From positions 4,384,001-4,448,000 of the forward strand of contig OY761158.1 of NCBI GenBank assembly GCA_963664405.1: DNA of 64,000 bases, written 5' to 3'. Below the pieces are notes generated by a model. That model had not been told where the DNA came from, made no database searches, and saw only the letters and a program-made list of their open reading frames with translations. A program made the translations under genes and the position numbers. Below, one piece after another: positions 29,999 to 39,800 of this stretch; position 1 is the first letter of the stretch, and every line of letters starts with the position of its first letter. This stretch comes from Thermoanaerobaculia bacterium (GTDB taxonomy: Bacteria; Acidobacteriota; Thermoanaerobaculia; Multivoradales; Multivoraceae).

Positions 29999-30500
29999 GG
30001 GTTTGCCATCCTGCCCGTTGAAGGCGCTCGGGAGATGCTGCCCGCCCGACGCCTTGTTGAAAGGGAGAGCTGAAGAGCCACTTAATTGTGATAGCGAGAC
30101 GGCGCGCCTAGCAGGCCAACGATTCTAAGAGAGTGATCACGTGTTGATGGCTGCGAGAAAGCGCATCCCGTTGGCTGCGAGCGCAGTTTCCGGGATGGAG
30201 TGAGCTGAGGGCTTCGCGACCGCGGGAAAGCTAGGCCTTCTTCAGGAAGGGCGGCATCATCCCGCCGGAACGGCGGTCCGGGTGCGTGGTCCCGGCGGCG
30301 TGTTTGCGGTCGGAAGAGATGCGTGAGTCGGTGTAGGGCTTTGCAGTGCGGGCTCTGCTCTGATAGAGCAGGCCGACCAGAGACGGCGAGAGCCCGGGAA
30401 AGCGAAGTAGAAAACGCCCCGGGCTCTGCCCCAAACCGCAGCATTAGCTGCGCTTGCAGTATGGCAGAGAGTCGGGGTCGTCGTCGAATGGGAGGCGACG

Positions 30501-30896
30501 ATGCGACCGGACTACCGACTCTTCGACTGTGCTCGATGCCGTCGGCGTATCTCGCTGTGCTCGCACTGTGACCGTGGCCAGCGTTACTGCCGGGCTTGTG
30601 CTCTGGTGGCTCGTCGGGAATCGACTCGGGCGGCCGGCCATCGGTACCAGCGAAGCCTCCGAGGTCGGCATTGTCATGCCGCCCGTCAGGCCCGCTACCG
30701 TCGGCGCCAGCGCGAGCGGGCAGAGAAAGTGACGCATCAGGGTACCCCAGGCGGTACTTCGGGGAGGACACTGTGTCGGATCGAGACTCCGAGGCGCGAA
30801 GTGCGCTACGACCCGAGGAATCCGCGATGCATGCAGTGTGGAGAGGCCTGCCGAGAGTTTGTGCGAACGAGCTTTCGTCGTTGCCGACGGAGATAG
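30501..30896 (+). CDS. IS21-associated Cys/Arg-rich Zn-finger protein
   Basis: CARC...CSHCDRGQRYC..C and a C-terminal CMQC; GGGAGG ribosome-binding site. Confidence 0.75.
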   Translation: MRPDYRLFDCARCRRRISLCSHCDRGQRYCRACALVARRESTRAAGHRYQRSLRGRHCHAARQARYRRRQRERAEKVTHQGTPGGTSGRTLCRIETPRREVRYDPRNPRCMQCGEACREFVRTSFRRCRRR

Positions 30897-30900
30897 GGGC

Positions 30901-32409
30901 GTGATCGACGCACAGCTGCGCGGGGAGATCCGTCGTCTGTTCCTGGTCGAGAAGTGGAAAGTCGGCACGATCGCTCGACAGCTACAGCTGCACCCCTCAA
31001 CCGTGCGCCGGGCGCTGGAGAAGTCCGGCGTGCTACCCCAGCAGCGACGAGGGAGGATGATCGATCCTTACCTGCCGTTCATCGAGCAGGTGCTCGGGAC
31101 CTACCCACGACTGCCGGCGAGCCGTCTCTACACCATGGTGGTGGAGCGCGGCTATCCAGGAGGCCCGGATCAGTTTCGCCACCTGGTGGCCTCGATGCGA
31201 CCGAAGCCCCAGCGCGAGGCGTTTCTCTCGCTGCGCATGCTGCCAGGAGAGCAGGCGCAGGTCGACTGGGGCCACTTCGGTCGGCTCCGCGTCGGCCGGG
31301 CACATCGTCGGCTCTATGCCTTCGTCTTCGTGCTGTCGTTCTCGCGCACGGTCTTCGTGCACTTCACCCTCGACACTCGTCTCGAAACCTTCTTGCACGC
31401 TCACCAGCTGGCCTTCCACTACGTCGACGGCGTCGTCAGGACCGTTCTGTACGACAACCTGCGAACCGCGGTGATCGAGCGGCAGGGAACCGCGGTGCGC
31501 TTCCATCCCGTGCTGCTCGATTTCGCCAGCCACTACGGCTTCCTTCCCACCGTCGCCGCGGTGGCTCGGGGAAATGAGAAAGGCCGCGTCGAGCGCGCAA
31601 TCCGCTTCCTGCGAAGCTCGTTCTTCGGCGCCCGAACGGTGAGCGATTTGGATCGTCTGAATCGGCAGGTCCTGGAATGGTGCCAGAGGTCGCAGCGCAG
31701 ACCCTGGCCGCAGGACCGACAGCGAACCGTGAAAAGCGCCCTGGCCCAGGAACGACCTCGACTGCTTGAGCTTCCCGGAGACGACTTCGAAACCGACCTG
31801 CGACTGGAGATCAAGGTCAGAAAGACGCCGATCGTGCGCTTCGACCTCAACGACTACTCGGTGCCGCACAGTCATGTGCAGAGGACCGTCACGCTCCTCG
31901 CCAGCGAGCATCGGGTGCGGATCCTCGATGGCCAGGAGCTCCTCGCCGAGCACCCTCGCTCGTACTCCCGGGGCGAGCAGATCCTCGATCCTCAACACCT
32001 CGAGGAGCTCCTCGCTCACAAACGCAGGGCCCGACGACACCGGGGCTTCCATCGGCTGTTTTCCGCTGTGCCTCGATGCGAAGAGCTGATGCAGCAGCTC
32101 GCCGAGCGAGGCGAGAACCTCGGAACGCAGACCGCCGGCCTGCTCCGACTCCTGCGCCAGTACGGCCCCCAGCGACTCGACAAAGCCGTGCGCGAAGCGC
32201 TCCTGAACCACGCACCGCGATTCCAGTCCGTCCGGCTCCTACTCGAACGGCACCAGCGCGGCCTCGGTCAGCCCCCGGCTTTACCGGTGCCGCTCAGCCA
32301 GGAGCTCCAACAGCGAGATCTCTCCGTGAGACCGCACAACCTCGAGGACTACGACCAACTTGGAGGCAACGACGATGGCCCGACCCAGGAAGAGTCCAAC
32401 GATCCCTGA
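30901..32409 (+). CDS. istA: IS21 transposase
   Basis: PGEQAQVDWG, LSFSR, YDN, EKGRVER. Confidence 0.93.
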   Translation: MIDAQLRGEIRRLFLVEKWKVGTIARQLQLHPSTVRRALEKSGVLPQQRRGRMIDPYLPFIEQVLGTYPRLPASRLYTMVVERGYPGGPDQFRHLVASMRPKPQREAFLSLRMLPGEQAQVDWGHFGRLRVGRAHRRLYAFVFVLSFSRTVFVHFTLDTRLETFLHAHQLAFHYVDGVVRTVLYDNLRTAVIERQGTAVRFHPVLLDFASHYGFLPTVAAVARGNEKGRVERAIRFLRSSFFGARTVSDLDRLNRQVLEWCQRSQRRPWPQDRQRTVKSALAQERPRLLELPGDDFETDLRLEIKVRKTPIVRFDLNDYSVPHSHVQRTVTLLASEHRVRILDGQELLAEHPRSYSRGEQILDPQHLEELLAHKRRARRHRGFHRLFSAVPRCEELMQQLAERGENLGTQTAGLLRLLRQYGPQRLDKAVREALLNHAPRFQSVRLLLERHQRGLGQPPALPVPLSQELQQRDLSVRPHNLEDYDQLGGNDDGPTQEESNDP

Positions 32410-33169
32410 CGAACCACTACGAGAGCTCGCCCGATCCCTCGGCTTCTACGCCCTCGTCGACGACTGGGGCACCTACCGAGAACAGCCCTGGCTCGAACAG
32501 CTGCTGCGCAAAGAAGAGGCCGAGCGCAAACGGCGCAGCCTCGAACGGCGCATCCGCACCAGCCGCGTCGGGCTCTTCAAGAGCATCGCCGACTTCGACT
32601 TCTCCTGGCCCCAGCGCATCGACCGCGAGCAGATCCAGGATCTGCTCACCCTCCAATTCCTCGACGACATCACCAACGTCATCCTCCTCGGACCCAACGG
32701 TGTCGGCAAGACCATGATTGCCAAGAACCTCCTCTACCAGGCGCTGCAACGAGGGGCCACCGCCAGCTTCGTCACCGCCTCCGACATGCTCAACGATCTC
32801 GCCGTCCAGGAAACCCCCTCGGCGCTCCAGAGAAGGCTCTCCAAATACACCCGACCCTCGCTTTTGGCAATCGATGAGCTCGGCTATCTCTCCTACGACC
32901 ACCGCCACGCGGATCTCCTCTTCGAGGTCGTCTCCAGGAGATACGGCAACAAGCCCATTCTTCTCACCACCAACAAGCCCTTCGCCGAATGGGCCGAGGT
33001 CTTTCCCAACGCCTCCTGCGTCGTCACTCTCGTCGATCGACTCACCCACCACGCCGAGATCGTCAAGATCGAGGCTAACTCCTATCGCCGCAAGGAGGCC
33101 AAGGAGGCTGCTGAAAAAAAGGCCAAGGACCGCGCCAAAAGGCGGAGCGCAGCACGACGACGCTCATGA
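32375..33169 (+). CDS. istB: IS21 helper ATPase
   Basis: FDFSW, GPNGVGKT, IDELGY, TTNKPF.EW, DRLTHH. Confidence 0.95.
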   Translation: MARPRKSPTIPDEPLRELARSLGFYALVDDWGTYREQPWLEQLLRKEEAERKRRSLERRIRTSRVGLFKSIADFDFSWPQRIDREQIQDLLTLQFLDDITNVILLGPNGVGKTMIAKNLLYQALQRGATASFVTASDMLNDLAVQETPSALQRRLSKYTRPSLLAIDELGYLSYDHRHADLLFEVVSRRYGNKPILLTTNKPFAEWAEVFPNASCVVTLVDRLTHHAEIVKIEANSYRRKEAKEAAEKKAKDRAKRRSAARRRS

Positions 33170-33522
33170 CCCGAAGCCACTATCGGCGCCAGCTCCTCCG
33201 CCTCTATCGACTCCTTCCCGACACCCCGCACCGCTTCCACCACGGCGACCGCGTCATCGTCGACCAGCTCTTCGACCAAGACCTGCCTCTCACCGTCCTC
33301 CAGGCCGCCCTCCTCCTCGGCTCCGCCCGACGCGCATGCCGAGATCCGCGCCTACCAAAGCTCCAGCCCATCCGATCCCTCGCCTACTTTCTCCCCATCC
33401 TCCGAGAACTCCCCACGACGCCACCCCCCGAGGGGTACCTCGACTATCTGCGCCACACCCTGAGTCACGCCTCGCGGGGACAAAAAACCGACTCGCAGCC
33501 AACTAAGTGCGCTTTCTCGTAG
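33166..33522 (+). CDS. small transposon-associated hypothetical protein
   Basis: ATGA-coupled to istB; homologous to 19101..19448. Confidence 0.75.
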   Translation: MTRSHYRRQLLRLYRLLPDTPHRFHHGDRVIVDQLFDQDLPLTVLQAALLLGSARRACRDPRLPKLQPIRSLAYFLPILRELPTTPPPEGYLDYLRHTLSHASRGQKTDSQPTKCAFS

Positions 33523-33574
33523 CCGGTAACAATCACGCATACGACCGGACGAGGCCGGTGATTGCGCTATTACT

Positions 33575-34030
33575 CTAGCGCAACCGCTTCTCGAACAAGA
33601 CACACTTCAGTCCGTGATTGGTCGCCCGTCCTATCTCGGTATAGCCGCTGCTTTTGTAGAGCGCTATCGCTGCCACCTGTTGGACCGTTGTGTCGAGGAT
33701 GATTCGCGTATACCCGAGCATGTTTGCGCGCGCTTCCAGCTCTTCGAGAATTGACCTACCGACCCCTTGACGCTGCTTTTCAGGGTGCACTCGCATCCGC
33801 TTGATCTCCGCTTCGTCCTCGGAACGGCGGCGAGGTGCGCCCATTCCAACGATCCTCCCACGCGTTTCTGCAACGAGAAAGTCGCCTTTGTTGCCCAGGT
33901 AGACTGCCTGGATATCCTCCAGATCATCGTCCCACGGTCCCGGCCCGATGTTGGTGCCCGTCTGATCCAAGCCGAGGATGTGAAGCTCCCTGATTGCCGG
34001 CAGGTCTGACTCCTGAAATTGTCGGATCAC
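33575..34030 (-). CDS. GNAT acetyltransferase, copy 1
   Basis: EIKRMRVHP..QRQGVG, AIALY...GY. Confidence 0.9.
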   Translation of the reverse strand: MIRQFQESDLPAIRELHILGLDQTGTNIGPGPWDDDLEDIQAVYLGNKGDFLVAETRGRIVGMGAPRRRSEDEAEIKRMRVHPEKQRQGVGRSILEELEARANMLGYTRIILDTTVQQVAAIALYKSSGYTEIGRATNHGLKCVLFEKRLR

Positions 34031-34147
34031 CTGTGGTTCACGACCTGTGGACCGCGTCGTTCGCGATTGGACGGCTCTACGCACTAGAGTCTCGAGCCCG
34101 ACCAAGCGACCGTCATCGCCGCCATGGCCCCCATCGAACACCTCACA

Positions 34148-34603
34148 CTAGGGGGCTTCCATAACAAAATAGTGCTCCTTGCGTTCGATCTCTCGAAAGC
34201 CGAACCTTTCGTAGAGTGATTTTGCTCGTGTGTTTTCGTGCAGTACCTGAAGTCGAACTGGTAGCCCTTGGTCACGGGCCTGCGAGAGAATCTGGGCGAT
34301 GAGCCTGCTGCCTAGGCCTTGACCTTGATGCTCTCGAAGAACTTGAATCTCGTCCAGCCAGAGATTACCCTGACGCTCTTCCGATGTGAGCATACCGACT
34401 GGCTTTCCGTCTAGGACCACGATCCTTGACGCGGCTGGATTCCAAGCTTCCTCAAATAGTCGCTGCTGGAGGTCTTCATCCCAGCTTCCGAACTGCCTTT
34501 TCACGACATCGAGGTAGCCCTCGCGACGGAGCCTATAGAGCCAGTCATAGTCCGACTCGACTACTGGTCGCGTGGATATCGGCTCTGCGCTCTTGGGAGT
34601 CAA
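34148..34603 (-). CDS. GNAT acetyltransferase
   Basis: HQGQGLGS, N.RA..LYERFGF. Confidence 0.9.
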   Translation of the reverse strand: MTPKSAEPISTRPVVESDYDWLYRLRREGYLDVVKRQFGSWDEDLQQRLFEEAWNPAASRIVVLDGKPVGMLTSEERQGNLWLDEIQVLREHQGQGLGSRLIAQILSQARDQGLPVRLQVLHENTRAKSLYERFGFREIERKEHYFVMEAP

Positions 34604-34611
34604 GCACGCAC

Positions 34612-35367
34612 CTAGGATTCGAAACGTCGTTGCCGTCGAACTTGCGCCAGCGCACCAAGCACCGCCGTCAAGCTAGGGAAGCGAGGGCAATCAACGTCGC
34701 GCCAGTCATTGAACGGGTCAAGGAGCACCGCGTGAACGCCAGCAGCTCGCGCGCCGACGACGTCCGCGAAGTACATGTCGCCTACGTGAAGCGCTTTCTC
34801 GGGAGAGCATTCAAGGGCGTCCAGAGCGTGGCGAAATATCGACGGATCCGGCTTCTCTACGCCCACGATGTGGGAGTCCACAACTACAGCGAAGTAGTGC
34901 CGTATCCCGCCCTCCACGAGAGACTGGTCCACGGTACCGTCCGAGTTGCTGACGACGCCGAGAGCGAGACCCAAGCCGACCAGCTTGTGAAGAGCCTCGT
35001 CAACCCCGGGAAGAACGGACGACCATAGGCGATTGCTCTGTCCATCGGGCCTCAGAACAGGGGCAAGATCAAAGGCCAGGTCGCGGGTGTCGATGTGCTG
35101 GCCAGTCAAGCCTTTGAGTTGTTCCAGGATAATGCGCAAGTAGCCTTCGAACCCCCGAGGAACGTCAGGCCTCGACTCCGAGGTCATGAGACGAGACAAG
35201 ACCGGTCTGGCTGCAGCTTCTGCTCTCTCCAGAGTAGCGACCGAGCAATCGACTCCGCGCAACCGAAGCTCCTCTTGTACCCACTCGAAGTCCAGAGAGA
35301 TCAGCGTGCCGCCGACATCTAGGAGCACAGCCTCAATTGCGGCTAGCGGCGTATTGTCGAGGCTCAT
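34612..35367 (-). CDS. HAD-family hydrolase
   Basis: LDVGGTL, VVSNSDG, EKPDP, HVGD..DV.GA. Confidence 0.9.
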   Translation of the reverse strand: MSLDNTPLAAIEAVLLDVGGTLISLDFEWVQEELRLRGVDCSVATLERAEAAARPVLSRLMTSESRPDVPRGFEGYLRIILEQLKGLTGQHIDTRDLAFDLAPVLRPDGQSNRLWSSVLPGVDEALHKLVGLGLALGVVSNSDGTVDQSLVEGGIRHYFAVVVDSHIVGVEKPDPSIFRHALDALECSPEKALHVGDMYFADVVGARAAGVHAVLLDPFNDWRDVDCPRFPSLTAVLGALAQVRRQRRFES

Positions 35368-35415
35368 GCAGGTCGCAGGTCTCCTCAGGGCCAGACAAAG
35401 GTGCCTGGCGATCGG

Positions 35416-35844
35416 CTAGATGGCGCGCCACAGGCACGAGAACCGTTCCACGCCGGGGTAGCGCTCACCCAGCGATGAAACCGAGAAGCCGCACTGCTGG
35501 TAGAAATCCCTTGCGTCGGCGTCGGTCTCGGCATAGAGCTCAGAAAGGCGGAGCTTCGCCAAGCCAGAGCAACAATTCACCACATCGCGGTTCAGCCGGA
35601 CCATTCGTCGCCAAGGGCTTGGCCGCTCCCTTATTTCCGAGGTCGTTCGCGAGGCGAGCTCGCCCCCAAGCAACGCCAGCACGTCGGCGTCGCGGACCCA
35701 GCCGAACGCGAACCGGTTCGGCTCCGTCCGGTAGGACCCGACGATCTCGCTCAGTCCAGGCTCAGTAGGCTCTCCGACGGCGTCGGCGAGCAAGACTCGA
35801 ATTGGAGCCTCGGAGAGTCGGAGTCGAATGTTCGAGAACTTCAC
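35416..35844 (-). CDS. GNAT-like acetyltransferase, possibly degraded
   Basis: C-terminal AETD.DA.DFY..CGF..YPGVERF; the acetyl-CoA motif A is not recognisable. Confidence 0.65.
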   Translation of the reverse strand: MKFSNIRLRLSEAPIRVLLADAVGEPTEPGLSEIVGSYRTEPNRFAFGWVRDADVLALLGGELASRTTSEIRERPSPWRRMVRLNRDVVNCCSGLAKLRLSELYAETDADARDFYQQCGFSVSSLGERYPGVERFSCLWRAI

Positions 35845-35866
35845 TCACACAGCCTAGCGTTACGAG

Positions 35867-36667
35867 TCACGACGCGTTCGCTTCGGTTGTTGGCCTGTCT
35901 CCAGCTTCATTGACTCGGAAAACGAACAGGTCAATAGGTTCATAGACAGGTGTGTCCGGAGGCTGTCTGTCAACCCAGTCCCGCAGGCTTAGCAAGCCAG
36001 CCTCAAACGCTTCGTCACTGATGGCGATCAGGGAGGAGAGGCCACGACGACTGATCTTGTGGAAGTACTCGTCGCATGAGGCCGCGAAGTACTGGCGGAC
36101 AGTCTGAGCGCTCATCTTCACATAACCATGTCCCGAGACCAGATCAACCACATCCTGCTGAGAGGGCAGCCTGCCTTTATCAATCTGATCCGCATCGGGA
36201 AAACAACGCATCCATTCGATCTCGACATTGTTCTCTTGGGTGCCATTCCTGATGGACAGGCAGCCGCCCGGCCGCAAAACCCTACGGATCTCATGAAAAG
36301 CTTGGTCAGGCCTATCGAGATGGTGGAAAGTCTGGGACATCCAGACCAAGTCTAAGGAGTCGGTCTCGAGAGGAATGCTCTCCGCCGCTCCGCGGTGCCA
36401 CGCGATGCGCTCTGCTTTGTTGCGCTGCCCTTCGGCCATCATGGCCTCCGCAGGCTCAACGGCGTGGACTTGGCAATGAAACGTCCTGTGAAGAGGCAAT
36501 GTAAAGCGACCGGTACCCGCGCCGAGATCAAGAACTTCATTCGGGGCAAAGCCCGGCGGAAGCGCCCTTGCCAATGTCATCATCCACAAGGCTGACGTTT
36601 CTTCCGGCAGTTCCCGCGCAGCGTCATATCGCTTGGCAGCACCTTTATTTTCGTATGTTAGCGACAT
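35867..36667 (-). CDS. class I SAM-dependent methyltransferase
   Basis: YD.AR, LDLGAGTG, FHHL, RVLRPGG. Confidence 0.9.
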   Translation of the reverse strand: MSLTYENKGAAKRYDAARELPEETSALWMMTLARALPPGFAPNEVLDLGAGTGRFTLPLHRTFHCQVHAVEPAEAMMAEGQRNKAERIAWHRGAAESIPLETDSLDLVWMSQTFHHLDRPDQAFHEIRRVLRPGGCLSIRNGTQENNVEIEWMRCFPDADQIDKGRLPSQQDVVDLVSGHGYVKMSAQTVRQYFAASCDEYFHKISRRGLSSLIAISDEAFEAGLLSLRDWVDRQPPDTPVYEPIDLFVFRVNEAGDRPTTEANAS

Positions 36668-36707
36668 GCTCTTCACGCAACGATAGCTCCCCACGGACGC
36701 GGCTTGT

Positions 36708-37385
36708 TCACGGCCTCAGTAGCGTCTGGTTCCCTGAAAGTTTACGAATTGCGGAGATGGTGATGTCGGGTATCTCCTGCGGGCTTCGTGGCTCTTGAAA
36801 CCGCGAGAAACCCTGAAGGACACGCACGGTATTCCAGCCCTGAGACTTGGCAGGCCCAATATCATTGTCAATTCGATCACCAATCATCAAAGCTGCTTGT
36901 GGTGTGCACCTTGCCTCAGACAGAGCACTCTCAAAGATCCGGGGGTCTGGCTTGGACAGGCCGAGCTCCGCGGAAGCAAAGACGAGGGAGAAATGGTCCC
37001 TGATGCGCCACTGTACAAGGCGGTCTTCGGTGCCTTTGGATTGATTCGCAATGACGCCGAGATTGAATAGCCCCGACAACTGGGCGAGAAGCTCAGGCAC
37101 CCCGGGATACAAGACCTCGTTTTCCTTGACGTAGCGTACGGAGTCCATGAGTGTGCCGATGTCATCTCCAGAGAGGCCTAAGCGTGCCAGCATGCCTTGA
37201 AAAGGGCTTGCCGAGAACCTCGTCGCGGCGTGCTCGCGCATCTGCATGAGCTCGTCAACGGAGTGGTGCAGCCCGAGCCGGGCAAGATGATCTTGCGTTA
37301 CATCAAGACGAGCGCGATGGGCCTCAGTCTCGTCGACGAGAGTCCAGCCTAGATCCAAGAATATCCATTTGCGATTGCTCATCAT
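36708..37385 (-). CDS. HAD-family hydrolase
   Basis: FLDLGWTL, IANQ, KPDP, IGDRIDND. Confidence 0.9.
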   Translation of the reverse strand: MMSNRKWIFLDLGWTLVDETEAHRARLDVTQDHLARLGLHHSVDELMQMREHAATRFSASPFQGMLARLGLSGDDIGTLMDSVRYVKENEVLYPGVPELLAQLSGLFNLGVIANQSKGTEDRLVQWRIRDHFSLVFASAELGLSKPDPRIFESALSEARCTPQAALMIGDRIDNDIGPAKSQGWNTVRVLQGFSRFQEPRSPQEIPDITISAIRKLSGNQTLLRP

Positions 37386-37626
37386 TATCTCGGCCAACGG
37401 ATTCGGCGATCACAGGCAGGGTACCAGCGGAGGCGCCAAGTGCCGAGCTGTTCTTCATTGCCTCTCTCAGGCGGGCTGGGAACGTCCGTGACTTGGTCGC
37501 CGCCACGGAACCCAAAGGCTCTTAGCCGATCACGCCGTCCAAGGCCGTAGCTAGCCCGCGCTAGGGCGCGAACGCGCGGAGGGAACGGCGCCCCCGGCGT
37601 CTGAGTGCGGCGTCGGTTTGTACTCG

Positions 37627-38106
37627 CTAGACGTCGAGTCTCATCATGTAAGCCAGCGCGCCTTCTGCATCCTTGACTGTATGCGTGTAACGGAAGCCGA
37701 CCTTCTCATAGCAGCGGATCGCTCGCAGGTTGCGTAGGTCCGGATCAACAATGACGCAATGGGGATCCTCTCTCTCGTTGATGAGCTCAATGAACTGAGC
37801 GATAGCCGACGCTCCAATACCGCGATTGAGGAGCTGTGCCTTCGCGATGAACTGATCGATTCCCACTACGCCCTGTGGCTGTAAGTAGTATTGGAAGTAA
37901 CCAATCGTTGTCTCCTGCACGTTCGGATCGTTGGACTGATAGGAGAGCAAGAACCTCTTTGTCTCGTCCGGGTCAGCGGAATAGTGCGCCGTGACCTTCG
38001 CAAGTGTGTCGTCACCGTCGTTCCACCACTCCTTGACGTGTGGTCTGGAGAGCCACTTGAGCAGTAGCGGAAAGTCGGCTTCGCTTAGGGTGTGAAATCG
38101 ATACAC
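37627..38106 (-). CDS. GNAT acetyltransferase (AAC(6')-Ib-like fold)
   Basis: WL..PHV.EWW, GIDQFI, DPD..N.RAIRCYEKVGF. Confidence 0.88.
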   Translation of the reverse strand: MYRFHTLSEADFPLLLKWLSRPHVKEWWNDGDDTLAKVTAHYSADPDETKRFLLSYQSNDPNVQETTIGYFQYYLQPQGVVGIDQFIAKAQLLNRGIGASAIAQFIELINEREDPHCVIVDPDLRNLRAIRCYEKVGFRYTHTVKDAEGALAYMMRLDV

Positions 38107-38431
38107 GATCAGTGGCCCGTGCGTCTAGTATTCAAGCTGAGATCACGGCATCGAAGCCACGCAGAAGCCCCTCCCGTCCGGTCGAACCCGCAGGCCTCCG
38201 CGCTCCAGGCTAACAGCAGAGTCAGCCGCTGCGTCTTGCGAAACGTCACGGCTGCCTGGATCCAGGCTGAATGAGCACGTCGCGTGAAGCCTACTCTTCG
38301 AATTGGGGCCGCGCCGACAGTTGCCGCGAATTGGATTGCCGCTCCCACGCCCTGCCCGAAGGCGCCGCGCCTCTAGAATTCAACAGGGGAGTGCGATAAT
38401 TTGAAAGGTTACCTTCCACCAGACCAGCAGG

Positions 38432-39211
38432 ATGGACTACGACGCCACCAACATTCCCGCCGCCTATGACGATGCACGCGGCTACGATCCAGCAACGCTC
38501 GAAACGTGGCTGACGCACATCGCACGACATGCGTCGGCGACAACGACCCGCCGAGTCCTAGATCTCGGGTGTGGTACCGGGCGCTATTCCGCGGCGCTTG
38601 CGGATCGCTTTGAGGCAGCTGTACTCGCGCTCGACCCGTCTACGCGGATGCTCGGGCAGGCAAAGCCCAAATTTCGTAGGGGTAGCGTCATGGGGTGTTA
38701 CGCCGCCGCCGAGGCGTTGCCGCTCGCGGACAACACGATCGACTTCGTCTTTCTCTCGATGGTATTTCACCATCTCGCAGATTGCCGCCGCGCGTGCCAC
38801 GAAATCCGCCGCGTCCTCCGCGAGAGAGGGACGGTCGTGGTTAGAAACAGCACGTGGGATCAAGCCGAGACCTTCCCCTACGTTGGCTATTTTCCAAACG
38901 TCGATGCGGCCATCCACCGCTTGTTGCCGGCCGCCGCAGACGTCGAAACCGCCTTCGGAGACGCCGGTTTATCGTTGGTCGCTCACGAAATCATTCGTCA
39001 TCCGATGGCGCGCGATTGGCCGGAATTCGTGAGAAAATCCAAGCGACGCGCCGATTCGATCCTTGCTCGCCTGCCCGACCGGGACTTCGAGGCCGGGATT
39101 GCCGCACTCGAGTCTGCCACGTCAACCGCAGCACCGATCACCGTCGATCTGGATTTATTCGTCTTTCGCGATAGCCGCCATCTTCCTGCCGGCGCTAGTA
39201 AGTCGCTCTGA
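38432..39211 (+). CDS. class I SAM-dependent methyltransferase
   Basis: YD.AR, LDLGCGTG, SMVFHH; related to 35867..36667. Confidence 0.9.
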   Translation: MDYDATNIPAAYDDARGYDPATLETWLTHIARHASATTTRRVLDLGCGTGRYSAALADRFEAAVLALDPSTRMLGQAKPKFRRGSVMGCYAAAEALPLADNTIDFVFLSMVFHHLADCRRACHEIRRVLRERGTVVVRNSTWDQAETFPYVGYFPNVDAAIHRLLPAAADVETAFGDAGLSLVAHEIIRHPMARDWPEFVRKSKRRADSILARLPDRDFEAGIAALESATSTAAPITVDLDLFVFRDSRHLPAGASKSL

Positions 39212-39218
39212 ACGACCA

Positions 39219-39767
39219 ATGAGCACCAGCGTAAGAGCGGCCTGCCTAGCGGACGCCCCCGCCATCGCTCGCACGCACGTGAAGGCGTGGCAGGTCGCCT
39301 ATCGAGGCATCATGCCGGCGGAGACCCTGGCACGGCTCTCGATTGATGAACGTCAAGAGAGTTGGCGCGCTCAGATTGAAGACGGTGGGCCACAGACCAC
39401 TCTCGTTGTCGAATTGGATGATGAGGTGATTGGCTTTGCAGGTCTTGGGCCAACTCGTGACAAGGATCTGGCTCCGACTGTCGTATCAGAGCTATACGCA
39501 ATCTACGTTGACCCCGATCACTGGGGGCAGGGTTTCGGCTATCCCTTGTGGCGAGCCGCTCTAGACGAGGCTTCGAGCCATGGATTTAGCGAGATCTCCC
39601 TTTGGGTGCTTGAGAGGAACGAGAGAGCCAGGCGCTTCTACGACCGCCAGGGGTTTAGTGCCGATCCAGGGGTGACGAAGGAGTGGACACGGGCGGGAGT
39701 GACGCTCGAGGAGGTGCGCTACAGAGGAGAGACAGGCCGAGACAGGGGCAGTTTTGCGGATTGGTGA
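39219..39767 (+). CDS. GNAT acetyltransferase
   Basis: AWQ.AY.G, AIYVDP..WG.G.G, N.RARRFY...GF. Confidence 0.9.
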   Translation: MSTSVRAACLADAPAIARTHVKAWQVAYRGIMPAETLARLSIDERQESWRAQIEDGGPQTTLVVELDDEVIGFAGLGPTRDKDLAPTVVSELYAIYVDPDHWGQGFGYPLWRAALDEASSHGFSEISLWVLERNERARRFYDRQGFSADPGVTKEWTRAGVTLEEVRYRGETGRDRGSFADW

Positions 39768-39800
39768 ACAAACGGTGAACAAGCGACCCGGAGACTCCTT

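Larger units (their letters stand above)
30142..33531 (+). mobile_element. IS21-family element (3390 bp) with two accessory genes and 6-bp target duplication ATCACG
   Basis: Left end TGTTGATGGCTGCGAGAAAGCGCA; right end (reverse complement) TGTTACCGGCTACGAGAAAGCGCA; ATCACG at 30136-30141 and 33532-33537. Confidence 0.92.

Noticed and set aside
30003-30029. Possible further 27-bp site copies (also about 26542, 35385, 38345, 42281)
   Set aside because: Only one arm matches and the core is not conserved; too weak to count.
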